Program-made: the position numbers and the translations under genes
Assembly (NCBI GenBank): GCA_041571435.1
Contig: JBFFUI010000007.1
Span: forward strand, 1-64,000
DNA from: Sulfurimonadaceae bacterium
GTDB taxonomy: Bacteria; Campylobacterota; Campylobacteria; Campylobacterales; Sulfurimonadaceae
Reading direction: 5' to 3'
DNA length: 64,000 nucleotides
The notes under the pieces: model-generated
Databases searched by the model: none
What the model saw: only the letters and a program-made list of their open reading frames with translations
What the model was told of the DNA's origin: nothing
Part shown: one piece after another, positions 18,492 to 27,650 of the stretch
Position numbering within the stretch: the first letter of the stretch is position 1
Layout: every line of letters begins with the position of its first letter

Positions 18492-19697
18492 TTAGCTGAG
18501 CTTCTCCGTCCTCTTTTCAAAGCCGGTGTTGACGCGGAGTTTAAGACCGATATAGTAGGTGTAGGTGATCAGTTTTTTCAGCAGGTAGGCACTGTAGCCC
18601 TTTACCTTGATGAACCTGAACATCTCGCCTACGGCATATTGGCCGCCCAATGCGACGAAGACACCGTCTATTGATGCGTCGAACGGTTTTATCTTCTGAT
18701 GCTGCAGACTCTTTGTAATGGTCTCTGCAACATATTCGGCACTGCGTTCAGCAATCTGCGCCGTTGGCGGAAGGATGTTGCCTGCGGCATCATGGATCTC
18801 GACGCAGTCGCCGACGGCGAAGACATTATTTTCTTCGGGAATACGCATGTAGGCATCGACGATGAACTGGTTGATACGGTTCTTTTCGACTTGCCGTGAA
18901 AAGGCGAAGGAGGGAACCTTGATACCGCCGGTAAAGATCATAAAGACAAAATCGAGCGTGGTACCGTCTTTGAAATGGATGGTGCTGCTGTCGACGCTTT
19001 CGATAAAAGTGTCGGTCATGATGATGATACCGAGCTCTTCAAGCCGTGCCTGTGTGTTGGTGACGATGTAATCGCTCATCCCGGGAAGGATGGTCTCTGC
19101 AGCGTCGATAAGATGGATCTTGATCTCACGGGTCGACTCACCGATACTTTTGGTGTGTTTCTTGATCACATCGGCCATCTCTGCCGCGATCTCGACGCCG
19201 CTGAGCCCAGCGCCGCCGATGGCGATGTTGAGCTCGCCCTTTGCCAGCTCCAGCGGGTTCTCAACCTTGTTGTAGAGCAGTTCTTCGAACCCTGTTCTGA
19301 AGTTATAAGCCCGCTGGAGCTTCTTGACACCGAAACTGTGCTCCCTGAGCCCTTCAATAAAGGAGAAAAAGTTCGTCTCCGCACCGATGGCCATGATGAC
19401 ATAGTCATAATGGAGCCGCGTATCGCTGAGATGAACCGTCTGTTCCTCAAAATCGACGAAGGTGACTTCGTCATGGATGAACTCGACCCATCTCTTGAAA
19501 CCGAAACACCAGTTTTTGAGGTCGATGGCGACATCGTGAAGGTCAAAGCGTCCGGCGATATAGCCGTAGGCCTCCGTCTGAAGGTAGTGATAGGGATGTT
19601 TGTCGATCAGGGTGATGTGCAGACCGTCGATGCCTGCCAATCGTTCTACGGCACGAAGGCCGCCGTAGCCGCCCCCGATGACGATGACCCTTTTCAT
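18492..19697 (-). CDS. Type II NADH dehydrogenase-like FAD/NAD(P) oxidoreductase
   Basis: Two Rossmann motifs (GGGYGG; GGAGLSGVE), AVGDC, PPTAQIA. Confidence 0.85.
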   Translation of the reverse strand: MKRVIVIGGGYGGLRAVERLAGIDGLHITLIDKHPYHYLQTEAYGYIAGRFDLHDVAIDLKNWCFGFKRWVEFIHDEVTFVDFEEQTVHLSDTRLHYDYVIMAIGAETNFFSFIEGLREHSFGVKKLQRAYNFRTGFEELLYNKVENPLELAKGELNIAIGGAGLSGVEIAAEMADVIKKHTKSIGESTREIKIHLIDAAETILPGMSDYIVTNTQARLEELGIIIMTDTFIESVDSSTIHFKDGTTLDFVFMIFTGGIKVPSFAFSRQVEKNRINQFIVDAYMRIPEENNVFAVGDCVEIHDAAGNILPPTAQIAERSAEYVAETITKSLQHQKIKPFDASIDGVFVALGGQYAVGEMFRFIKVKGYSAYLLKKLITYTYYIGLKLRVNTGFEKRTEKLS

Positions 19698-19754
19698 GTG
19701 CTTTTCCCAACTCTTTTTGTGATTATGGCCAAACCGATATTAGAGAACGGTTTC

Positions 19755-21089
19755 TCAGAGTGCGTGGGCATACTTGCTTTTTATCGCGGCAAGCTCTCTT
19801 TTGCCATACCAATAGGCGGCAATCGAGGAGAGAATGACGATGAATGCGATGACAAGCCAGACAGTGAGCGGGGTTTGTACATAGTACGTGACCAGCTCCA
19901 GCAACAACAGCGGCAGAACGATCTGGCGTGCGAGCGCGAGGTAGAAGATAAACTTCGGCCGTTTGATCCCCTGCAGCAGCGCAACGTAGATGAAGATGAT
20001 GAGAAAAGGAAAAAGGATCACCGCTTCGACATAGAGGTAGACCACCCCTTCGGCTATGACCCGGGCATCGTCTGAAAAGAGCCCCATCAGGCCACCGCCG
20101 CCAAAGACAAGGGCTGTCACACCGATAACGGCGACATAGATCCCGCTGACAATCCCCACTCTTACCGCCTCTTCGACACGTTCGTAGCGCCGGGCACCGC
20201 TGTTTTGCGAGACGATGGCAAGTACCGCCATGTTGATGCCGACAGCGGGCATCAGTGCTATCTGTTCAACGCGCATACCGATGCCCAGCGCTGCGACGAC
20301 GCTTTCACCGTAAGGCGAAGCGTAGTAGGTGATGATATAGACGCCGATAGCCATAAAGACCATATTGGCGCTCGGCGGAATACCTTGGGTCGTCAGGTTC
20401 CAAAAAAGCGAAAGATCCAGCTTGAAGTTACGCAGACCTCGGAGCAGGGTAGTACGGCGAAGTCTGTAAAACAGATAGGACATGCTCAATGCCTCTGTTA
20501 TAAGGGTGGCATAGGCGATACCGGTCACACCGAAGCCTGAGGATACAAAGTAGTAGTCCAGACCGATGTTCAAAAAGAAGGAGACGATCAGAATGTTTCG
20601 AAAGGAGATCATATCGCCGACGGAGTTGAGCAGCGCGTTGGTAAAAAAGGTGAAGACGAAGAGAAGTGTTCCCACGACGATCGTACCCGAGTAGCCGACC
20701 GCCTGGTCAAAGTAGCTTCCCTCCGCACCGAGGTGCTGCATCAATACCGGCACGGACAGGATGCCGACAAGGGTCAAGACGACGGAGAGCAGAAGTGCGT
20801 AGAGAAGGCCGTTCTGGGCATAGTTTGCCGCACATGCCTTGTCATCTTCACCGAGGGCGTTGCCGACAAGTGCGGTCAAAGCCTCACTCATCCCGCCGGC
20901 AATGGCGATCACCATGAAAAAGACCGGAAACGAAAGTGAAAGGGCGGCAAGCGCTTCGGTAGAGATCTGCCCGGCAAAGAAGGTGTCGGTGACATTGTAA
21001 AAGGTGTGAAAGAGAAAACCGACTGTGGCAGGGATAGCCAGGGTCTTCATGTGGCTTTTGATATCGCCTTGGGTAAGGTCGAGCTGCAT
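19755..21089 (-). CDS. MATE family efflux transporter
   Basis: DLTQG, YNVTDTFFAG, about 12 TM, SQNSGA. Confidence 0.9.
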   Translation of the reverse strand: MQLDLTQGDIKSHMKTLAIPATVGFLFHTFYNVTDTFFAGQISTEALAALSLSFPVFFMVIAIAGGMSEALTALVGNALGEDDKACAANYAQNGLLYALLLSVVLTLVGILSVPVLMQHLGAEGSYFDQAVGYSGTIVVGTLLFVFTFFTNALLNSVGDMISFRNILIVSFFLNIGLDYYFVSSGFGVTGIAYATLITEALSMSYLFYRLRRTTLLRGLRNFKLDLSLFWNLTTQGIPPSANMVFMAIGVYIITYYASPYGESVVAALGIGMRVEQIALMPAVGINMAVLAIVSQNSGARRYERVEEAVRVGIVSGIYVAVIGVTALVFGGGGLMGLFSDDARVIAEGVVYLYVEAVILFPFLIIFIYVALLQGIKRPKFIFYLALARQIVLPLLLLELVTYYVQTPLTVWLVIAFIVILSSIAAYWYGKRELAAIKSKYAHAL

Positions 21090-21243
21090 CTAACATCCTT
21101 TGGACATGCTTTGTTAAAAAGCATAACAGATTCAAGCTTCGTTAAAAAGCAGTTGATCGCAGAAGTGTTTTGATTTTAGTTTATTTGTATTTTTAGGCAT
21201 GAGGCCCAATGTCTGAATTGTGCCGTTAAAAAAAAACGCACTG

Positions 21244-23091
21244 TTACTTTTCCTTGGACTTGGACACATAGCGGTTTGGCTCGGGCGCTTTTTCCTGGAC
21301 CCAGATAAACCATTTTGAGCGTTTCCAGCTATCACGAAATGCTTGGGTGTCCGAACGGAGCGCGAGGTCTTGCCATTCATGGCCGTCGTAGAAAGCGATG
21401 AGATCGAGCTGCTGGTCGGAACGTCCGTACTCTTCATCGAAAAGCTGTGCCATGTCGTTGGCGGTAGTGACCTTCCGTCCGACGATCTCCTGCAGGGGAA
21501 AGTGCAACCCGCTGTTGCCTTCGTAGACCTTGCTGACAAGTTCGGTACAGACAAGTTTGGCGTCTGTAAGAAAATCAAAGTCGAAGTCATACGGCCTGCC
21601 GCTGTAGTGAAAGGCGCGAGTGATCGCCTCTGCGATCCTGGCCTTGGTCAGACGCGGGCGCAGAATGGCAATGGAGTCTGCACTGACGGAGTGCTCCAAC
21701 GTCGTGAAGCTGACGCCTTCGCTGATCGCTTCGATGACTCTCGGCAGGTGGGTGCCTTCATGAGGTTGCTGACTCTGATTGTATGGGCCGGGATAGCGGT
21801 GTTCAAGGTAGCTGTTGAAATCGTTTCCGAATCGCGGGTCGTCCAGGGTGGAAAAAAATATTTTGCGCTCTTGCTCAGTGCCTATGTAGAGTGCGGCGTG
21901 GGGCCAGTAGCCGGGAAGGCCGATGTTGGAGAGATACCACTCCCGCCGTTCGAGCAGAATGTCGCCCGGCTGGAGCAGGGCATGGATGTCGGCGATCTGC
22001 TCCGGATGTATCAGCGAATGTGCAGTGCGCAGTACTTTGTCGTCTCCCATCCATTCCGAAACTTCTTTCTGCACGGGGAAGATAAGGGCGAGTGTACTCT
22101 CCTGGATGATCTTGATAGCATTTTTTGCCGTCGCTTTCGGACCTTCGTAGGCGCCTTTTGCCCAGATGCTTTTGCGATCTTCTTCGATTCCCTTTGCGAT
22201 CAGCGGATAGATGACGTCATCGTCAAAATGCCGTTCCAGGTTGAGCAGGGCAAAGTCAATCCCTTTAAGAACGTTGAGGAAGCGAAATTTCAAGGCGCTG
22301 TATTGCCCTTTTTCGAGACCAAGTTCAGGAACCTCTTCGTTAAGCGTTGTGTGCATGGCGGGATCGTTTTCCATAACGGCGATAAAATCCATGGCATACC
22401 GGTACTGGGCCAAAAATGCGGCATAACCGATACTCGAAGTGGATTGGGGGACCGTTATGCTTTGGACGGGATAGCGTCTTTGAAGGGTGTCAAGTACCAT
22501 CATCCTATCCAGAAATGCCTGCCAAGTCTTCCAGATCGTCAAACGCTGTTCGCGCGTAGTGGCGCGTTTTTCGCTCAATGGCTTGGCCGGGAAGGTATCT
22601 GGGTGTACCCTGATATAATCGAGAATGTCACGGAGTGCTTTGCGCGTGTTCTGCAGGGCTTCAGCGTCGTTCATGACCACCATAGTTGACGGAACCGTCT
22701 CTTTAAGCGCATCAACCTGGGCTTTTTCGGCATCACCTAATGGCGTGTAGCCCCGATTCGGGGACCATCCATAACCCCATCGAAAAGATGTCGGAAGGTA
22801 AGGAGAACCGCCGATACGTACACCCTTGAGCATGATGTCGGCTATGTCAGGCTCTCCCAGTTTTGCGACACACTGCTTGAGCTCATTGTCGGCCTGAAGC
22901 CTCTCCTGCTCGGTTCCTCCCATCCAGTACGCATGATCATGATCGATACAGCATGAGAGCCATAAACTGTTCTGTTTTACGGTACCGTCGGGAAAGATAC
23001 TGCAACCATCAGATGTAAAGGGCGACAGTGAAGCGGCATGTAGGGCGGTGAACGTTAACAAAAAGACTAAAAAACGGGCAAGATATGTCAT
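21244..23091 (-). CDS. Secreted fusion: PLA2-like N-terminal domain plus YiiX/YebB-like permuted NlpC/P60 domain
   Basis: Signal peptide; FTSDGCS...CCIDHDHAYW...AD..LKQCV; C-terminal PGDILLER...WPHAALY...IEAISEGV...PYDFDF...LVCTELV. Confidence 0.75.
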   Translation of the reverse strand: MTYLARFLVFLLTFTALHAASLSPFTSDGCSIFPDGTVKQNSLWLSCCIDHDHAYWMGGTEQERLQADNELKQCVAKLGEPDIADIMLKGVRIGGSPYLPTSFRWGYGWSPNRGYTPLGDAEKAQVDALKETVPSTMVVMNDAEALQNTRKALRDILDYIRVHPDTFPAKPLSEKRATTREQRLTIWKTWQAFLDRMMVLDTLQRRYPVQSITVPQSTSSIGYAAFLAQYRYAMDFIAVMENDPAMHTTLNEEVPELGLEKGQYSALKFRFLNVLKGIDFALLNLERHFDDDVIYPLIAKGIEEDRKSIWAKGAYEGPKATAKNAIKIIQESTLALIFPVQKEVSEWMGDDKVLRTAHSLIHPEQIADIHALLQPGDILLERREWYLSNIGLPGYWPHAALYIGTEQERKIFFSTLDDPRFGNDFNSYLEHRYPGPYNQSQQPHEGTHLPRVIEAISEGVSFTTLEHSVSADSIAILRPRLTKARIAEAITRAFHYSGRPYDFDFDFLTDAKLVCTELVSKVYEGNSGLHFPLQEIVGRKVTTANDMAQLFDEEYGRSDQQLDLIAFYDGHEWQDLALRSDTQAFRDSWKRSKWFIWVQEKAPEPNRYVSKSKEK

Positions 23092-23133
23092 GAGAGAACT
23101 ACTCCTTAAGTGTGTTGTGAAATATTACGGATG

Positions 23134-23185
23134 ATGCAACCAGATAAGCATGGTTTTTGACGATAACGTCTTTGCTTTGTTGGGT
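23134..23185 (-). repeat. Degenerate attC remnant
   Basis: Minus strand ACCCAAC-AAAGC...TCAAAAACC...GTTGCAT; retains the TCAAAAACC core and R''-like end of the intact sites. Confidence 0.35.
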
Positions 23186-23206
23186 TGCTGCTAGTCTAAA
23201 CATGAC

Positions 23207-23527
23207 TTACTTTACAATTTTCAGTAATGTTATAATCTCTTTTTCATTGATATCATCGACTGAATATATTTTGATGTGCCGCATATATTTTCCTTTTCCT
23301 TGAAATAGTTTTTTCTCTTCGTCAGTGAGCCCTTCAACCGAGAAACCAATATTGACGTGATCCTTGAGCCCTACAATATAATATTTACATTCATACCAAG
23401 GTACGCCGTTCTTAAATGACTCCTCAAGATCAGGAAATGTATCTACTATTATCTTCCTCACCTTTTTGCAAATCTCCTGTTGCGGCGAAGGAAGGTTTTC
23501 TAGATATGCTATAACCTTTTCATGCAT
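23207..23527 (-). CDS. DUF1801 (YdhG-like) protein, cassette gene
   Basis: VIAYLENL...VRKII..P.LEE.FK.GVPWY...HVNIGF...GKGKYMRHIKI. Confidence 0.8.
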   Translation of the reverse strand: MHEKVIAYLENLPSPQQEICKKVRKIIVDTFPDLEESFKNGVPWYECKYYIVGLKDHVNIGFSVEGLTDEEKKLFQGKGKYMRHIKIYSVDDINEKEIITLLKIVK

Positions 23528-23578
23528 TGTCTGTGTTTCCTTTTATGTGTTAGGGGCTGATCTATAAAGCTCGAAGTC

Positions 23579-24289
23579 TTAATAGAAAGCCCGAATATAC
23601 CAGATACCATTTGTCTTGTTTACTTCAAAACCTCCAGATTCCTTACCGTAAGCTTTGACAGTTGCATAACTTCTGTTATGGTATTTTTGCTCCCATCTTG
23701 TCATAGTCTTATAGTGCTGTTTGGCCATGTTGCGTCTTGATGCATCGGAATAAATGAAATAAATATTCTTTTCATTGTACCCTAGAAGTTTTTCTACGGT
23801 CTCTTTGTCTTCATCTATCAGAGCCTTTACAAAGGCTTTAGCGACATCAATGGGCTCTTTCTTCTGAACAGGAAGTGGTTGTTTTGCTTTAACATAATTG
23901 GCAATTCTTTCATTGTCTGCATCAGCAGATAGTGTGTCAGAAGCTTTGTAAAAATGGATTGATCTGGCATCAAGGGTCTCTCCTGATGGAAGTCTTCTAA
24001 TCACGGTCATTTTGAGTTTGTCTCCAGAAAGATTGAGCCTTAAGAACTCTTTGTCTGAATCATTGAAACGCATAGTTGCCGAACCGTCATTGTTTATTTG
24101 CCAATTTCCTTTATTGGCTTGCATCCCATTGGTTAGACTGCAACTGCCATCAATATTTATACCAAGTGAAAGTCCATATGCATTTTCTTTTGAGCCAGTC
24201 CATTTTCCGACAAACTTTTTGGCATCTGTTGCATATAGAACAGTGCTTACCAAAAAAAGCACTATAAAACTCGCGATAATTCTTTTCAT
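23579..24289 (-). CDS. Secreted hypothetical protein, cassette gene
   Basis: Signal peptide; FVGKW beta-rich N-domain; NTF2-like-looking C-terminal (AKAFVKAL...GIWYI). Confidence 0.7.
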   Translation of the reverse strand: MKRIIASFIVLFLVSTVLYATDAKKFVGKWTGSKENAYGLSLGINIDGSCSLTNGMQANKGNWQINNDGSATMRFNDSDKEFLRLNLSGDKLKMTVIRRLPSGETLDARSIHFYKASDTLSADADNERIANYVKAKQPLPVQKKEPIDVAKAFVKALIDEDKETVEKLLGYNEKNIYFIYSDASRRNMAKQHYKTMTRWEQKYHNRSYATVKAYGKESGGFEVNKTNGIWYIRAFY

Positions 24290-24305
24290 TTTAGTTTCCT
24301 CTGCG

Positions 24306-24376
24306 TACTAACGGTTGAATGAGCCATCAAAAAGCCGCCCGCGGGTTTATGATTGATCTCCAATGACTTGTTAGAA
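24306..24376 (-). repeat. attC site
   Basis: Minus strand TTCTAAC-AAGTC-ATTGGAGATCAATCATAAACCCGCGGGCGGCTTTTTGATGGCTCATTCAACC-GTTAGTA, 2 bp after the upstream stop codon. Confidence 0.85.
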
Positions 24377-24378
24377 TA

Positions 24379-24957
24379 TTAATACTTAATAGTCATAATC
24401 AACTCTCCCGGTAGCTCATCCGGTGAAATTTTTTTAGAGATTGGATACTTAGGAGCATTACATGTCCCTTTATCCCAAAGTTGTTTAGCGATTGGCGATG
24501 CAATTGAAGCAACAATAGAATCAAATACAAAATAGTTTCTTACTTCTGTATCGTTTTCCATGACAGCCTTGAGTGTTTCAGCCATCACATCAACAGAATC
24601 CTCAAACTTATACTGATTGTAAGGTTTGTATCCGCAGTGCTTAGCTTGAAATAGCCAATCGTGCATAATATAGGCTGGCGCATAGCCCCAAGGTGAATAG
24701 CCTTTTACTCCCCACAACAACCTTGGAATGGAACCACCATCAGTGTACATAGTACCAGGTCGAATAATCTGTCCATTCGGTCTCGTAAAAGTTAATGGGT
24801 CATCTTTATTTGGGATAAATACGAAATAATCATTCTTGACCCAACGTACATCTAAAGCTCCAGAAAAACTTCCCTCACCAGTTTGTTTATACTCTTGAGA
24901 TGCACATCCAGTAAAAATCAAGATAAAAAATGCCAACAAGATCAATCGAACAACCAT
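24379..24957 (-). CDS. DUF1353 lipoprotein, cassette gene
   Basis: Lipobox FTGC; YTDGGSIPRLLW...YAPAYIMHDWLF. Confidence 0.8.
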   Translation of the reverse strand: MVVRLILLAFFILIFTGCASQEYKQTGEGSFSGALDVRWVKNDYFVFIPNKDDPLTFTRPNGQIIRPGTMYTDGGSIPRLLWGVKGYSPWGYAPAYIMHDWLFQAKHCGYKPYNQYKFEDSVDVMAETLKAVMENDTEVRNYFVFDSIVASIASPIAKQLWDKGTCNAPKYPISKKISPDELPGELIMTIKY

Positions 24958-24970
24958 GCCTTTTTCCTTT

Positions 24971-25042
24971 TTCTAACGTTTAAAATGAGCAATCAAAAAA
25001 CCGCCCGCGGGTTTTTGATTGGTCTCCAATGGTTTGTTAGAC
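24971..25042 (-). repeat. attC site
   Basis: Minus strand GTCTAAC-AAACC-ATTGGAGACCAATCAAAAACCCGCGGGCGGTTTTTTGATTGCTCATTTTAAAC-GTTAGAA. Confidence 0.85.
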
Positions 25043-25046
25043 GTCA

Positions 25047-25226
25047 TTAAAACAACCAGTGTAATATGCCCCAATAAATCGGCCAAATAATTGCTAAGAA
25101 TGCATTTACAGGAATGGCTATGAGCCAATTCCAAGCGTTATATACATAGCCATCAAAAAATGTAAGGTATATAAAGGTTACTGCATCAATCAAAAAATAT
25201 AGATACATCAAAATTTGATTTCTCAT
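25047..25226 (-). CDS. 59-aa aromatic-rich membrane protein, cassette gene (not in ORF track)
   Basis: MRNQILMYLYFLIDAVTFIYLTFFDGYVYNAWNWLIAIPVNAFLAIIWPIYWGILHWLF*; fills the space between GTTAGAC and the attC. Confidence 0.75.
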   Translation of the reverse strand: MRNQILMYLYFLIDAVTFIYLTFFDGYVYNAWNWLIAIPVNAFLAIIWPIYWGILHWLF

Positions 25227-25254
25227 TCATTCTCACTTGATTTAAAATTTGACT

Positions 25255-25275
25255 GTCTAACTACTTATTGATGTA
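25255..25275 (-). other. Candidate attI or primary insertion site
   Basis: GTTAGAC core (25261-25255) preceded by non-palindromic CATCAAT-AAGTA; no attC left arm upstream. Confidence 0.45.
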
Positions 25276-25456
25276 CATTCTATACAACTAAGGCTTAAAT
25301 ATGGACTTATCAAAACATGTGAAATGCTGTAAAAAAATGTTATTTCATTGCAGAATGCACATTTATATTCTTTTGAGACTAAAAAGGCAATTTTGATGTA
25401 TTCAGGGGAAAGAGAAGCGCTAATTGAACACATGTCCAATCTAAAGGAACTCCGTA

Positions 25457-25693
25457 TTAGGAACGGTTCTCCTGGACAACAAGCTTTGTGACCACTTTGC
25501 GTACGGTCGGTACCACGACAAAGATCGTCGGGAAGGCGATGACAAACGCTTTCCAAAAGGCTCCCAGCCATTTGACAATGAACCCGTCGACAAGCCCGAG
25601 GTTGATAAAAGTGATGATACATGACATAAAAAATGACATGAAGAGTGACATGATAAAAGCAAATAATATAGGTTCAAAACGTTTAGGGATCAT
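25457..25693 (-). CDS. DUF2798 membrane protein
   Basis: MIPKRFEPILFAFIMS..MS..MS...W..AFVIAFP pattern. Confidence 0.8.
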   Translation of the reverse strand: MIPKRFEPILFAFIMSLFMSFFMSCIITFINLGLVDGFIVKWLGAFWKAFVIAFPTIFVVVPTVRKVVTKLVVQENRS

Positions 25694-25757
25694 AGGGGTT
25701 CTTTGTAGGAAATGGGTGGCTCTGCCAAAGCGGCAGAGACAAGATAAGGCAGCGCTG

Positions 25758-27650
25758 TTACAGCGCCTTGCTCATGATGCGGTTCATACGGGTAACGAAC
25801 GCAGTCATGTCGTCGATCTCCATACCGTCAAACAGTTTGGCCTGATCAAGCAGTACGTGTGCTGCATCGTTAATGAGATTGACATCACTGGTGTCTTTGA
25901 GTTTTGTCAGGATCTCGTGGTTCGGGTTGATCTGCAGGATCGGTTTGATCGGCGGGATCTCGCCGGCTTGACCCATCTGCTGCATCATCTGCGCCATCAT
26001 ATAGCTTGGGTCCTCTTTGTCGATCTTGAGTGCGACCGGTGACTCGGTCAGTTCTGTCGTCACTTCGACCTCTTTGACGCTGTCGCCCAGTGCGGTCTTG
26101 AACTCACCGATAAGCCCTTCGTACTCTTTTGTCAGTGCTTCTTCTTTCTCTTTCGCCTCTTCAGAGTCTTCCAGTTTGGCATCGGCAGCGTTGACGAACT
26201 TGTACTCTTTGTACTCGGTGACCATCGGCATGATGATCGTATCTATCTCTTCGTTCATCACGATGACATCGATCCCTTTCGCTTTGAAACGCTCAAGCGC
26301 CGGTGCATTTTTGAGCATGCCCAGTGCCATCTTACCAGTGATGTAGTAGATCTCTTTTTTCTCTTCATCGACATTCTTGACGAACTCCTCGATCGAGACA
26401 GGTTCATCGCTATTGAGCGTGTTGAACTGGAGCAGTTCAAGGATCTTTTCACGGTTGCCGTAGTCGGAGTAGAGACCCTCTTTGATGACGTTGCCGAACT
26501 GAGCGTAGAAGTCGTTGTACTTCGCACTGTCTTTTTTCATCATCTTGGCGAGTTCTGACAGCACCTTTTTGACCGATGCGTTACGGATCTTGCTCATGAC
26601 CGGGTTAGACTGCAGGATCTCGCGGCTGACGTTCAGCGGAAGGTCTTTGCTGTCGATGACACCGCGCAGGAAACGGAGGTAGGTCGGCATAAGCTCTTTG
26701 TCATCGTCAGTGATGAAGACACGGTTGATGTAGAGCTTGATCCCCGGAGCGTAGTCGACACGGTACATGTCCATGGGTGCTTTTGACGGTACATAGAAGA
26801 GTGTGGTGTACTCGATGGCTCCTTCGGCTTTGTTGTGCATCCAGGCAAGCGGCTCGGCAGAGTCGTGTGCAATGCTGGAGTAGAAGTCGACATAGTCTTC
26901 GTCTTTGAGTTCCGATTTGCTGATCGTCCAGAGTGCAGAGGCTTTGTTGATCTGCTCGTTTTTCATCTCAGTTGATGCCGGCTTGGTCTCGTTGCCTTCG
27001 CCATCTTTTTCGGCCGGGATGTAGTTCTCTTTGTCCATAAAGATCGGGAACGGGATGTGGTTTGAGTACTTCTCTACGATGCTGCTGATGCGGTGCTCTT
27101 CGAGGAACTCGCCCTCATCATCTTTCAGGAAAAGCTTGATCGAGGTACCGTGGCCCTCTTTTTCCGCTTTTTCGATCTCGTATTCACCGTCACCGGCAGA
27201 CGTCCAGGTATAGGCCTGCTCCTCGCCCGCTTTTTTAGAGGTGACTTCGACTTTGTCGGCGACCATGAATGCGGCGTAGAAACCGACACCGAACTGGCCG
27301 ATAAGCTGCGAATCTTTCTTCTGGTCGCCCGAGAGGTTCTCCATAAAGGCTTTTGTACCGGACTTCGCGATCGTACCGAGGTGCGCCACAAGGTCTTCGT
27401 CGTTCATACCGATACCGGTGTCACTGACGGTCAGTGTCTTGTTCTCTTTGTCAAGAACGATGTCAAGACGCGGGTTGAACTCAACACCCTTGTAGGCATC
27501 GTCTGTAAGGACAAGCATGTTGAGTTTGTCCAGTGCGTCGGAACCGTTCGAGACAAGTTCGCGCAGGAAGATCTCTTTGTTGGAGTAAAGAGAGTGGATC
27601 ATAAGTTGTAAAAGTTGATTGACCTCAGTCTGAAACTGATGTTTTGCCAT
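25758..27650 (-). CDS. htpG: Chaperone HtpG (Hsp90)
   Basis: FQTEVNQLL..IHSLYSNKEIFLRELVSN, IGQFGVGFY, PLNVSRE. Confidence 0.97.
   Translation of the reverse strand: MAKHQFQTEVNQLLQLMIHSLYSNKEIFLRELVSNGSDALDKLNMLVLTDDAYKGVEFNPRLDIVLDKENKTLTVSDTGIGMNDEDLVAHLGTIAKSGTKAFMENLSGDQKKDSQLIGQFGVGFYAAFMVADKVEVTSKKAGEEQAYTWTSAGDGEYEIEKAEKEGHGTSIKLFLKDDEGEFLEEHRISSIVEKYSNHIPFPIFMDKENYIPAEKDGEGNETKPASTEMKNEQINKASALWTISKSELKDEDYVDFYSSIAHDSAEPLAWMHNKAEGAIEYTTLFYVPSKAPMDMYRVDYAPGIKLYINRVFITDDDKELMPTYLRFLRGVIDSKDLPLNVSREILQSNPVMSKIRNASVKKVLSELAKMMKKDSAKYNDFYAQFGNVIKEGLYSDYGNREKILELLQFNTLNSDEPVSIEEFVKNVDEEKKEIYYITGKMALGMLKNAPALERFKAKGIDVIVMNEEIDTIIMPMVTEYKEYKFVNAADAKLEDSEEAKEKEEALTKEYEGLIGEFKTALGDSVKEVEVTTELTESPVALKIDKEDPSYMMAQMMQQMGQAGEIPPIKPILQINPNHEILTKLKDTSDVNLINDAAHVLLDQAKLFDGMEIDDMTAFVTRMNRIMSKAL

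Larger units (their letters stand above)
23134..25275 (-). mobile_element. Integron gene-cassette array without integrase in the window (CALIN-like)
   Basis: Four co-oriented AT-rich ORFs separated by attC sites or remnants; cassette ends complementary to cassette starts. Confidence 0.8.

Noticed and set aside
24306-25042. Repeats considered as a CRISPR array or REP elements
   Set aside because: They are ~71 bp long, separated by whole genes, and have attC end boxes; no cas genes
25396-25491. Short plus-strand ORF MYSGEREALIEHMSNLKELRIRN..., positioned like a divergent intI and faintly like integrase N-termini
   Set aside because: Only ~6 residues of resemblance, partly overlapping the DUF2798 stop; indistinguishable from chance
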